Part shown: positions 6,697-14,454 of the stretch, piece by piece
Layout of the letters: each line of letters starts with the position of its first letter
Position numbering within the stretch: the first letter of the stretch is position 1
Virus record (IMG/VR): IMGVR_UViG_3300048597_000147
Location: 1 to 45,663 of that record
From: a virus
Strand: one strand, 5' to 3'
DNA: 45,663 nt
Notes under the pieces: generated by a model
Database searches by the model: none
What the model was told of the DNA's origin: nothing
Seen by the model: only the letters and a program-made list of their open reading frames with translations
Position numbers and translations under genes: made by a program

Positions 6697-6804
6697 CTAC
6701 CCTCCGAGGAGGACGTTGGTTTGGCCGAACAGCACGGCCATCCCAAACGCCGCCAACAACAGGATAGCAACCCCCTTCCACAAACCCTCGTTCCGCATCT
6801 GCAT
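6697..6804 (-). CDS. Hypothetical single-TM micro-protein (about 33-35 aa)
   Basis: AGGAGG lies directly upstream. Sequence MQMRNEGLWKGVAILLLAAFGMAVLFGQ. The start could be 6804 or 6798. Confidence 0.35.
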   Translation of the reverse strand: MQMRNEGLWKGVAILLLAAFGMAVLFGQTNVLLGG

Positions 6805-6808
6805 CCTC

Positions 6809-7075
6809 CTATGCTTGCGAACTGTAATAAGTCTTGGTGACCCCTCGCATATCTTCCAGGTTGTCCAGTAGTGACTTGGCGCAGAGGGGGCAACCAACCA
6901 CCCTCTCATGCTGCACGTTGTAGTGTTGGGGGACCAGTTGCCCCGTGCTGGTGCGGTACACAATCCGCACCGTTGCCCCGCAGCAGCGGGTAGTCGCCTC
7001 GTCCACCCGGCTGGCATAGTTGTAGGTGTCCCCCCCCACAACCTCACTGACAGCCACGCTCCCCACGACCGGCAT
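6809..7075 (-). CDS. Hypothetical Cys-containing protein (88 aa)
   Basis: Contains RCCG...GCPLC. Preferred over the overlapping alternative frames because its composition is non-repetitive. Confidence 0.55.
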   Translation of the reverse strand: MPVVGSVAVSEVVGGDTYNYASRVDEATTRCCGATVRIVYRTSTGQLVPQHYNVQHERVVGCPLCAKSLLDNLEDMRGVTKTYYSSQA

Positions 7076-7077
7076 AC

Positions 7078-7350
7078 CTACCCCCTCAGCAGAGCCTCAA
7101 GTTGCTCCAAGGCCGGGAGCTTGCGGGCAAGCCCTTCGACAGCGTGCCGGGCGGCCGTGCGCTCCATGAGGTCATAGGTGTCCCAAAAGATTGCCAACTC
7201 CCGAGAGGTCGGGGTTGCGGTTTCGTCCACCTGGCCCGCAGCCCCCTCCGTAACGGGCTGCGTCCACTGGCGCATCTTGACTACAGCGGCTGCCGCCTCG
7301 CTTGCTTTGACCTCGCCCAACCCGGGCACCGTTCGAGAAATATCCAGCAT
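7078..7350 (-). CDS. Hypothetical protein (90 aa)
   Basis: The start is moved to ATG 7350 (MLDISRTVPGLGEV). The upstream part of the track ORF is Arg/Pro-rich and overlaps a hairpin. Confidence 0.5.
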   Translation of the reverse strand: MLDISRTVPGLGEVKASEAAAAVVKMRQWTQPVTEGAAGQVDETATPTSRELAIFWDTYDLMERTAARHAVEGLARKLPALEQLEALLRG

Positions 7351-7377
7351 CTTCTTCGTTCTCCTGGTGATAGTGTG

Positions 7378-7399
7378 GGGGAGGGTTGACCCTCCCCCT
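7378..7399 (-). other. Intercistronic GC hairpin GGGGGAGGG-ttga-CCCTCCCCC
   Basis: Read directly. There is no U-tract, so it may be an attenuator or RNA-stability element. Confidence 0.4.
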
Positions 7400-7406
7400 G
7401 ATTGAC

Positions 7407-7724
7407 CTAGCTGCCGGCGCCGTCGAGGTCGAGGTTCACGCCTGCAATGAGTTCGCTTGCGTCCTCGTCGGCCAGGGCCTGGCGTGCCATCCGTTCGGCA
7501 AACTGGCGCAGCGGGTCGGCCGGCTTCTGGCGCTGGTACTCCTGCTTGCACATGCCGAGGGCCATCCCCGAGGCGATGCGGCCGACGCTCTTGATGTTGT
7601 AATCGATGGTCGCAAACGACCCGGCAATCTCGTTGTCCTCGACGGCCACGACCTCATCACTCCCCAGGTCGATGAGACTGACCACAATCCGCACTGCGTA
7701 CCGCTTACTGTCAATGTTCCCCAC
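7407..7724 (-). CDS. Hypothetical protein (105 aa)
   Basis: Clean ORF with balanced composition. No motif recognised. Confidence 0.65.
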   Translation of the reverse strand: MGNIDSKRYAVRIVVSLIDLGSDEVVAVEDNEIAGSFATIDYNIKSVGRIASGMALGMCKQEYQRQKPADPLRQFAERMARQALADEDASELIAGVNLDLDGAGS

Positions 7725-7758
7725 GATGCTTCTCCTTTACTGATAGATGTTGAATCGA

Positions 7759-9180
7759 CTAGACCTCGGCGTACTCCCCGTATTCTTCTTCTTCCTCCTC
7801 CTCCTCCTCCTCAATGTGATGGATGTTGTACCAGGACTCGAACACCTGGTCCCGGTTCTTCTTGGTATAACCACCATGCCCCCGGACGTGGGATGCAAAC
7901 GCCACGCTTGCCCGGTCCATGTCTGCATACATATCCGTGTTCTCAGCAGCCCACAGAATTGCCTGCTGAGGGCCGGTCCACTGCTGCCAGGGCAGGGAGG
8001 GGGGAGCAACGTCGCCGGTTGTCTCCTCTCGCTCCTCCTCCTCCTGCACGCTGGCCGTGGCCGCTACATCCTGACCACCCCCCTTAGTTTTCTTTGACTT
8101 CGGCGCCTCATGCTTATTGACGTAGGTGCGCCACTTGGCTAGGACCTCGCTCGGTTCCACACCTACCAGAAAGGCCAAATGCTTTTGCCATGCGCTGGCA
8201 ACGTGACTATCCCCGGCAAACTTGCCCGACGCTGCCGCCCACTGCACCGCAGCGGAGTAGTCCGTTACCGTCATCCAGTCGCCCCACCCATCGGGGTTAT
8301 CGCTCAACCCGGCCGCAACTGCCGGCGCCGACCGGACGGACGGGCGGGACGGCTCACTAGCCCACACGTTCCCATCCTCATCCATCGTGTACGCTTCCTG
8401 CGTACCTGGAAGCTGCCCCTCCTCCTCGCCGTCCGGCTTGCTCCGGTCCTCCAACTCAGCGGCGATGTGCTGATTTGCCAGCGCAAGGCGGGCCTGCGCG
8501 ATGCGTTCCACCGACTGGTAACGGGACTCGAAATCATCCAGCGGAATCATCGGGAACTCGGCCATTAGCGCCGCCCGAGTCGCCCGGCGAATCGCTACAT
8601 CCTGCCGGCTGCGCTGCGCAGGAACCGTGTCCGACTGCCAGAACTTGCGGCCCGTCTTTTTGTCGTTAACCCACTCGTCTTTTTCGTTGGCGTTCTTGCG
8701 CCAGAAAGCGTAGTGCCAGCGGGGTTTGTACGGGATGCCAAGCTCTTTCATTTCCCGGGCCACGTCGAAGCGGAACACACGGGCACGGGCGCCCTTATCC
8801 TCTGGCGTGTACGGAACATCCGGGTCAGTGTGGGCCGCTACCTCCTCGGGGGTCAGGTCCTCTACGTCCACCGTGTAGCGGAACTTGCCCACGAACGCAT
8901 GACGGTCGGCCATCTTCTTCCACATCTCAAGGGAAGGCTCGGCGCTGTACCCACGGCCACGCTTGATTACGAACATATCCACGCCAGGGACCAGACCATA
9001 CTGGTAGGTCAACTGCGCAGCCTTGAGACAGGCGGGCCGGGCCAGGCGGGTGTCAGCATCGGGGATGTTGAAGTACATCCCGATGCGGTTCGCCAGTAAC
9101 TCCAGTGCTTCCTTCTGGCCGAACTGCGCCAGGGCCGTAGTCGCCGGCGCCGCTACAACAATCTCTTGCTTCTCGTTCAC
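7759..9180 (-). CDS. Putative RecT/Red-beta-like single-strand annealing protein with a long C-terminal extension and poly-Glu tail
   Basis: AAQLTYQYGLVPGVDMFVI and QDVAIRRATRAALMAEFP resemble the conserved RecT blocks (..QLGL.PG....yli.. and ..A.rR...yLP). The C-terminus is EEEEEEEEEEYGEYAEV. Confidence 0.5.
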   Translation of the reverse strand: MNEKQEIVVAAPATTALAQFGQKEALELLANRIGMYFNIPDADTRLARPACLKAAQLTYQYGLVPGVDMFVIKRGRGYSAEPSLEMWKKMADRHAFVGKFRYTVDVEDLTPEEVAAHTDPDVPYTPEDKGARARVFRFDVAREMKELGIPYKPRWHYAFWRKNANEKDEWVNDKKTGRKFWQSDTVPAQRSRQDVAIRRATRAALMAEFPMIPLDDFESRYQSVERIAQARLALANQHIAAELEDRSKPDGEEEGQLPGTQEAYTMDEDGNVWASEPSRPSVRSAPAVAAGLSDNPDGWGDWMTVTDYSAAVQWAAASGKFAGDSHVASAWQKHLAFLVGVEPSEVLAKWRTYVNKHEAPKSKKTKGGGQDVAATASVQEEEEREETTGDVAPPSLPWQQWTGPQQAILWAAENTDMYADMDRASVAFASHVRGHGGYTKKNRDQVFESWYNIHHIEEEEEEEEEEYGEYAEV

Positions 9181-9186
9181 GATGAG

Positions 9187-9384
9187 TTATCCTTTCGTCA
9201 CGAACTCATCCGCCCACGATGCGGGCAGTCCTTCACGTTCCAGGCAGCGCAGGTAGGCCAGGAACCCTTTGTCCGGTTCGGGGTCCGTGCGCTCCGCAGT
9301 TGTCACAGCAGGGGGCTTGTCCGGTGTCTCGATAACTACGGGGCCACCGTTAACAACCCGACCCCTCGCTATCATCTGCAACAT
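9187..9384 (-). CDS. Hypothetical protein (65 aa), first gene of the early-left operon
   Basis: GGAGG RBS. It lies about 35 nt downstream of a consensus promoter. Confidence 0.6.
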   Translation of the reverse strand: MLQMIARGRVVNGGPVVIETPDKPPAVTTAERTDPEPDKGFLAYLRCLEREGLPASWADEFVTKG

Positions 9385-9422
9385 CTGTTAACCTCCGGTG
9401 AATTTGTTTGCTTGATGACCAG

Positions 9423-9451
9423 AGTATAGCAAACAAGTTAACCATTGTCAA
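9423..9451 (-). promoter_or_regulatory. Near-consensus sigma70-type promoter (TTGACA-N17-TATACT) for the early-left operon
   Basis: On the minus strand: ttgaca atggttaacttgtttgc tatact. The -35 is at 9451-9446 and the -10 at 9428-9423. Confidence 0.7.
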
Positions 9452-9485
9452 CCGGTTTGGCGGGGAGAATTTGCCAAAAGTAAAC

Positions 9486-9517
9486 ATCGTAGGGGAATCG
9501 TATAGAAACGGTCTGAA
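9486..9517 (+). promoter_or_regulatory. Second copy of the 11-bp repeat family (32-nt exact match to 816-847)
   Basis: Read directly. It lies 35-66 nt upstream of the -35 of the early-left promoter. Confidence 0.6.
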
Positions 9518-9540
9518 AGCGGGTAGGAGCGTACAGGTAC

Positions 9541-9592
9541 GGGGAGATACGTGCAGTGGTACGTATCGAGATACGTACTAGGGGAGGTACTA
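9541..9592. other. Candidate attP core: GTACGTATC-GA-GATACGTAC perfect inverted repeat (9559-9578) abutting the integrase stop
   Basis: Read directly. It has imperfect flanking symmetry and an extra GATACGT copy at 9546-9552. Serine-integrase attP sites are inverted repeats around a non-palindromic central dinucleotide. Confidence 0.3.
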
Positions 9593-11068
9593 CTAGAGGA
9601 ACTTCACGTCTACCACTTTGCAGTTCTCTACCCACACCTGGACGTGCTGGCGCAGCCAGGCGTTAGCGGCCGGGCCGCTGCTGTCGAGAACTTCCAGCCC
9701 AACATCAATTACGTCTTGGAGGCGGGAGACCTGGGAGCCACGGGCTATCTCCTCCTCCATGGCTGCATCCAGTTCATGCAGCCTGGCCTGGGTCTCATCA
9801 ATCTTTGCCTTGAGGTCGCCTACCATCTTGGCGTAATCCTCGATGGTGATGTGACCCATCACATAGAGGTCATTCGCCCGCTGCCGGGCGGCCACCAGTT
9901 GCTGCAGGGTGCGGCTGGCCCGCTGTATCTCTTGCTCCTGGGCCGACGTGTCAACCTCATCGGACACGCCAGCGGCGCCGACCTCGGCCAGCGTGTGGAT
10001 AGCTGCCCGTATCCGGTCCATGACCCGCTTATAGGGGATGGTGCAGCCTGGATGCCGCCTCTCACACAGCAACTGCATCCGGCCGGTATTGTGCCAGTGC
10101 TGCACCCTCATGCGCCCGCCACACGTAGCGCACCAGACCACGCCAGATAAGACATAGGACGCATCGGCCAGCCCTCGATTCCCTTTGCGCTGCGCACGCT
10201 CGGCAAAGGTACGCTCCGCTGTCTCCTCATCTATGATGGGCGGCCAGTTGCCCCGGGCCCGCACGTAGGGGCGCCCCGTCCCTGACTTGCGATTGACTTC
10301 ACCATACCCGGCATAACGCCAGGCGAGGTCAAGGACCCCATAAACGAACCAGAAGTCCCACCTGGCGCCCTTGGGTCGGGTCAGCCCGGCAGCCCGCAGC
10401 CGGTCGGCAATTGTGATTCCGCTTTCCCCACCGAGATACCACTGAAAGATGTTGCGCACCCACGGCGCTGCATCCTCGTCTATCTCGATGTACTCCGTAC
10501 CATCCGGCCGGAACCTGCGCAGGTATCCCCATGGTGGGGTGCCACTAGGAATTTTCCCCGCACGGACCCGGCCTATCATCCCCTCACGGTGGCGACGAAC
10601 CAACTCCTCGACCTCTGCCTGGGCGCCGATGGTCAGAACGGCATCGACAATACTGCGCCCTTGGTTGTACTCGGGAACTCCGAACTCACGGGGCGGGGAG
10701 GAGAGATCGTATAGCTGGACCTTGGCACGCCGGCATAGCGCACGCACCGCGGCGCCTAGCGATTCAGTTCGGGCCAGCCGGGACCAGTTGAGGAATATCA
10801 GCACGTCGATGCTGCGTGAGTGCAGCAGTTGGGCAAGTTGGGAGAACGCCGGAATGTCCCTGACGGCATCTTCCCACAAGTCGATAGACCGGGATTGACC
10901 AGGGACAATGAGTTCTGCAATGATGGTTGCGCCGTGCCGGGCGGCCACGTCCCGCCCCTGGCGTAGCTGCACGTCAATCGAAACCTTATCGTCAGCGGCT
11001 TGCGCCCCCGTAGAAACGGCTGCGTACACCGCACATCGTAAGGTTTGAGACTGGAGTTCCTTCGCCAT
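9593..11068 (-). CDS. int: Large serine recombinase (integrase)
   Basis: N-terminal resolvase domain (RCAVYAAVSTGAQ), recombinase domain (PWGY), zinc ribbon (CATCGGRM...LLCERRHPGC) and a C-terminal coiled coil. ATG 11068 is preferred over the TTG at 11077. Confidence 0.9.
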   Translation of the reverse strand: MAKELQSQTLRCAVYAAVSTGAQAADDKVSIDVQLRQGRDVAARHGATIIAELIVPGQSRSIDLWEDAVRDIPAFSQLAQLLHSRSIDVLIFLNWSRLARTESLGAAVRALCRRAKVQLYDLSSPPREFGVPEYNQGRSIVDAVLTIGAQAEVEELVRRHREGMIGRVRAGKIPSGTPPWGYLRRFRPDGTEYIEIDEDAAPWVRNIFQWYLGGESGITIADRLRAAGLTRPKGARWDFWFVYGVLDLAWRYAGYGEVNRKSGTGRPYVRARGNWPPIIDEETAERTFAERAQRKGNRGLADASYVLSGVVWCATCGGRMRVQHWHNTGRMQLLCERRHPGCTIPYKRVMDRIRAAIHTLAEVGAAGVSDEVDTSAQEQEIQRASRTLQQLVAARQRANDLYVMGHITIEDYAKMVGDLKAKIDETQARLHELDAAMEEEIARGSQVSRLQDVIDVGLEVLDSSGPAANAWLRQHVQVWVENCKVVDVKFL

Positions 11069-11086
11069 TGTAAGCAACTTGCAAGA

Positions 11087-11115
11087 TTAGACTACAGGGC
11101 GCAAGGTGGTACAAT
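11087..11115 (+). promoter_or_regulatory. Candidate promoter TTAGAC-N17-TACAAT reading antisense into the repressor gene
   Basis: Read directly. It lies between two CTTGCAAG/TTGCAAG copies (11079-11086 and 11123-11129). Confidence 0.25.
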
Positions 11116-11268
11116 GCGTTCTATTGCAAGTGGCACGCTTGCTCCCTGTAAGGAATAGCCATGAAAAGATATAATCCGTCCGGCGACATTGCCCGGCTGT
11201 TAGATTCAATCCTCGGAAGCATCACATCCGACACCATCCACCAGAGAATCACAAAGGCGCAGGCGGGG

Positions 11269-11829
11269 TCAGTCACCCTCCGTGGCAAGACCCAACACAA
11301 ACGTCAAAAGAATCGCCCGGATTCTCTCAACCGTCGTCGGGGACAGTGAAAGATTAGAGATTGCAAGCGTGCCACTCAATCTCTTTACTGTCTCCTCAAC
11401 ATCCTCCTCCGACTTTCGCACCGAGAACGCCATAGCCCGCAGCACTGACAGCATTTCCTCCCGCTTCCGGGGCGGCATGGAATCAATCAATGCTGCCGCC
11501 TCGTCTGCGAACTTGCTGGCGTAGTTCGGTTCTTCGGCATCGGGCTTCGGTGCATACATCGGCGCCCCCGGCCGGCACTGTAGCCAGTCCAACGTAACCC
11601 CAAAGTAGACAGCCACACGCAGCCAGTCCTCGACGGGCATCCCCTTTGAACCGCTGAATACCTGCGAGATAAACGACCTGGACCGGTCAAGCTCCTTCGC
11701 CAACTGGACCTGCGTCACCCCTCTATCACTTGCCAGGAAAGCTACACGCTTGGCAGGCGTGTCAAATGTTTCTTCAAAGAAGTCCATACTCGTTGCATCC
11801 GCTGTGTGGTTGTTGCGCACATCCTCCAT
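11269..11829 (-). CDS. XRE/CI-like HTH repressor
   Basis: VTQVQLAKELDRSRSFISQVFSG is an XRE-type HTH. It is divergent from the plus-strand early/replication operon. No S24 peptidase domain is visible. Confidence 0.8.
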   Translation of the reverse strand: MEDVRNNHTADATSMDFFEETFDTPAKRVAFLASDRGVTQVQLAKELDRSRSFISQVFSGSKGMPVEDWLRVAVYFGVTLDWLQCRPGAPMYAPKPDAEEPNYASKFADEAAALIDSMPPRKREEMLSVLRAMAFSVRKSEEDVEETVKRLSGTLAISNLSLSPTTVERIRAILLTFVLGLATEGD

Positions 11830-11868
11830 GATACCCCCGTCACTAGCGATGTTTTCCCGTGGAAACCA

Positions 11869-11877
11869 ATTTTACCA
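11869..11877 (-). promoter_or_regulatory. Candidate extended -10 (TGgTAAAAT) promoter for the repressor gene
   Basis: The minus strand reads tggtaaaat. It overlaps a TTACCAAA repeat copy (11872-11879). Confidence 0.45.
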
Positions 11878-11893
11878 AAATCAATTAAACCGC

Positions 11894-11922
11894 TTGACAA
11901 CGTTACCAAAGTCTGCTAATCT
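11894..11922 (+). promoter_or_regulatory. Rightward early promoter TTGACA-N17-TAATCT
   Basis: The -35 is at 11894-11899 and the -10 at 11917-11922. The spacer contains the second TTACCAAA copy (11903-11910). Confidence 0.65.
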
Positions 11923-11972
11923 GTGTCCTAACGGCGAACATCGTCGCCCCAAGTTAACAGGAAAGGACACCT

Positions 11973-12191
11973 ATGCAAGACGGTACTTCAATCTTCAAAC
12001 TTCCGGCTGAGACACGCCGGGAACTGTCTCTCCTCAAAGAGATGCTGCCAGATTCTGCGTTCGCCGGTATGCCACGGTCGAAGTCGGGGCGGCAGCGCAC
12101 CAATGAAATGCTGGTGCGTTTCCTCATCGACAGCAATCCCGTCGCAGCCGACGCCAGCCGCCGCATCCGGGGGGAGGTCAGCGGTGAGTGA
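11973..12191 (+). CDS. Small early protein, possible RHH/Cro-analogue (72 aa)
   Basis: First gene after the rightward promoter. SIFKLPAETRRELSLLKEML looks like a beta-strand plus helix. The call is mainly positional. Confidence 0.5.
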   Translation: MQDGTSIFKLPAETRRELSLLKEMLPDSAFAGMPRSKSGRQRTNEMLVRFLIDSNPVAADASRRIRGEVSGE

Positions 12192-12324
12192 GCCTATTGT
12201 GATTGTTGTTGGGGAGGGTGCGAACTCGTTCCGGGTAACGTTCAATCGGCCACCTGCACTGACAGCTAAAGCTTTCTTCTCTGAGGCCCGCCGCATCCAG
12301 CGCAGCCGCACCTATAAAAAGTGA
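12184..12324 (+). CDS. Hypothetical micro-protein (46 aa)
   Basis: GTG 12184 overlaps the previous stop (GTGAGTGA). Followed by a hairpin. Confidence 0.35.
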   Translation: MSEPIVIVVGEGANSFRVTFNRPPALTAKAFFSEARRIQRSRTYKK

Positions 12325-12348
12325 CGCCCGGCGAACGAACCGGGCGTC
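12323..12348 (+). terminator. GC hairpin GACGCCCGG-N8-CCGGGCGTC (weak terminator or attenuator)
   Basis: Read directly. There is no U-tract. Confidence 0.35.
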
Positions 12349-12426
12349 AGGTAGAGAGGATGAGCTTGGCACTACTGGTCACAGTGTAGCGGGGCCAGTA
12401 GGTGAGGTTATGTAAGGAGCGTTACC

Positions 12427-13191
12427 GTGAAGGGCTTATTATTCGAGGAGCCGCCCCTAGTAGTGTCGCCATCCCTGGCGAAAGCACTAGGCAGTGTAGA
12501 CGAGGCGATTGTACTGCAACAGGTTCACTACTGGTTGCAGCGGTCGAGCCACGAACACGACGGGCGCAAGTGGGTCTACAACTCCGCCGAGGAATGGCAG
12601 GAACAATTCAGCTTCTGGTCAGTCAAGACCATCCGCCGCATCTTCGGCCGGCTGCGAGAGAAAGGATTGCTACTCACAGGGAACTATAACCAGTCACTGC
12701 TTGACCGAACGTTATGGTACTCCATCGACTACGAACTGCTTGACCAGATGGGATTACCATTTGCCCAAACGGGAAAATCGATGTCCCGAAAAGGTACAAG
12801 CCATGTCCCGGAAAGGGATACGTCTAACCATAAGAATACTACAGAGACTACAGATTCTGTAGTAGTGGTGGTGGAGGCGGCGAGGGGCGAAGTGTTCCGG
12901 CTGTGGAAAGACAACATGCCCGGGTCCATGACCCCCATCATAGCCGACGACTTGAACGACCTCATTGATACCTATGGACCAGAGGAGGTACGAACGGCAA
13001 TCGATATAGCGGTCAAGGCAGGAAACCGAAACATCCGCTACGTTCGGGGAGTGCTGGTCAAGAGGGCAGCCGGCAGCGACGGCAGACCAGGCCACGGTCA
13101 AGGCGGCAAGCAAACTAAGGTCGAGGCGAGCATGGCGGCAGTCGATGAAGTATTCGCAGCCATGGAGAGGGGAGAGTTCAAGTGGGAGTAG
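12427..13191 (+). CDS. DnaD-like replication initiation/organiser protein
   Basis: N-terminal winged-helix-like segment (AIVLQQVHYWLQRS...WSVKTIRRIFGRLREKGLL). C-terminal DnaD/DnaB_2-like segment (FRLWKDNMPGSMTPIIADDLNDLIDTYGPEEVRTAIDIAVKAGNRNIRYVRGVL). AAGGAG lies before GTG 12427. Confidence 0.65.
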   Translation: MKGLLFEEPPLVVSPSLAKALGSVDEAIVLQQVHYWLQRSSHEHDGRKWVYNSAEEWQEQFSFWSVKTIRRIFGRLREKGLLLTGNYNQSLLDRTLWYSIDYELLDQMGLPFAQTGKSMSRKGTSHVPERDTSNHKNTTETTDSVVVVVEAARGEVFRLWKDNMPGSMTPIIADDLNDLIDTYGPEEVRTAIDIAVKAGNRNIRYVRGVLVKRAAGSDGRPGHGQGGKQTKVEASMAAVDEVFAAMERGEFKWE

Positions 13192-13709
13192 ACGGCATTA
13201 TCAAGCAACTATTTGCGGCCTACCCTAACACGCAGGTTCCCCCGGCCACGGTCGCAATGTATGTCAAGCTGCTGCGAGACATACCCGGCGAGGAGTTGCA
13301 GGTCATCGTAGACCAAGCGATTGCGGAGAGTAAGTTCCTCCCCACGATTGCGGAACTCCGGACTATGCGGCGCAACCTGCGGAACGTGATGGCACTGACG
13401 TGGGTAGACGGATGGGATTCAGTGATGAAGGCAATCGCCGGAGTCGGGTCTTATAGCGTCCCCAAGTTCAAGGACCCCATCACGGCCCAGGTGGTCAAGG
13501 CCATGGGGTGGCGTGAATTGTGTACGTCGGAGAACATTGAGGTCACTCGGGCCCAGTTCCGGCAGATGTACGAATCCTACCAGGCACGGGGCGAACGGGT
13601 TGACAAGCTGCTGCCCCACGTACTGGCCCAGGTGGAACGGAATGGCGGGATGCTTCCGATGCGCAAACTCCTGGAGGTAGGCAATGGCAGCACGAACGCA
13701 GCGCCGTGA
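13182..13709 (+). CDS. Putative replicative helicase loader (G39P-like)
   Basis: LFAAYPNTQVPPATVAMYVKLLRDIPGEELQVIVDQAIAESKFLPTIAEL resembles the G39P-type loader N-domain. It directly follows the initiator gene. Confidence 0.45.
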   Translation: MGVDGIIKQLFAAYPNTQVPPATVAMYVKLLRDIPGEELQVIVDQAIAESKFLPTIAELRTMRRNLRNVMALTWVDGWDSVMKAIAGVGSYSVPKFKDPITAQVVKAMGWRELCTSENIEVTRAQFRQMYESYQARGERVDKLLPHVLAQVERNGGMLPMRKLLEVGNGSTNAAP

Positions 13710-14025
13710 GGTTGACCGGCATTACGAGCCCAAGGACGTGAGCGAAGCAGGGGCGCCGGATTGGGCGCAGGGCTGCCCTAAGTGTGTGCGGGGACTTGTC
13801 TCCCCGCCCGAGGCGGCGCCGCTACCGGCCCCCCTGTACGCTGCACTGGTGGCCCTGGCCCGGGTGGGGCGCCTGCGATTCTGCGACTGTGATGCGGGCA
13901 AGGCGATGGAACGGTTCTTACGGCAGAGGTACGCAGAGATACGGGCCGGCCGGGACAGATACCCCGACTGGCAGGCAATCGAAGATGCGGCGGCAACGCC
14001 ATCAGTAAGATACGTCGGAGGATAA
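13684..14025 (+). CDS. Hypothetical Cys-containing protein (113 aa)
   Basis: Contains CPKC...CDC. No family recognised. Confidence 0.5.
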   Translation: MAARTQRREVDRHYEPKDVSEAGAPDWAQGCPKCVRGLVSPPEAAPLPAPLYAALVALARVGRLRFCDCDAGKAMERFLRQRYAEIRAGRDRYPDWQAIEDAAATPSVRYVGG

Positions 14026-14026
14026 C

Positions 14027-14443
14027 ATGGAAGGAGAAAGGCAGGGGAACCCGTGGGGCATGTTGGCCCTGCTGCTTATCGGTCTGTTTCTGGTGTTCTC
14101 CGCTATGGGCGGGGACGAGTCCAGCAAGCCGGTGACCGAGCGTGTCAACCACACGGACGACGACACCCGGGCACTGTTGACCGGCAACGAAGTAATGAGC
14201 CGGAACCAGTTGAACCTGCTGTCTGAGGTAACGAACGAGTTCTATGATTGCATCGGCGCTGGCGCCTGCGTGTTCACGGACAGTGTGGACAACAGCCAGG
14301 TAGACAACAGCCAGTGGGCCGACAACAGCACGCAGCGCACGGAGGTCCAGGGAGAGCGTAACACCATCGTACACAGCGACGGCACCATGGCCTGCGAGTC
14401 ACCCACGCAGCCGGGCGCATACTCGCCGGACTATTGCGAATAG
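14027..14443 (+). CDS. N-terminally anchored or secreted small protein (138 aa)
   Basis: Hydrophobic helix WGMLALLLIGLFLVFSAMG followed by a polar Cys-containing domain. Confidence 0.6.
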   Translation: MEGERQGNPWGMLALLLIGLFLVFSAMGGDESSKPVTERVNHTDDDTRALLTGNEVMSRNQLNLLSEVTNEFYDCIGAGACVFTDSVDNSQVDNSQWADNSTQRTEVQGERNTIVHSDGTMACESPTQPGAYSPDYCE

Positions 14444-14454
14444 GAAGGTACACA

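Noticed and set aside
7386-8087. 233-aa plus-strand ORF
   Set aside because: It is antisense to the 105-aa gene and the RecT-like gene. It is Pro/Arg/Leu-rich and reads through the GC hairpin at 7378-7399.
11161-11349. 62-aa plus-strand ORF overlapping the 3' end of the repressor gene
   Set aside because: It is not annotated as a CDS. It has a plausible promoter and RBS, but it has no recognisable fold and overlaps a supported gene by 81 nt. It is kept only as a low-confidence finding.
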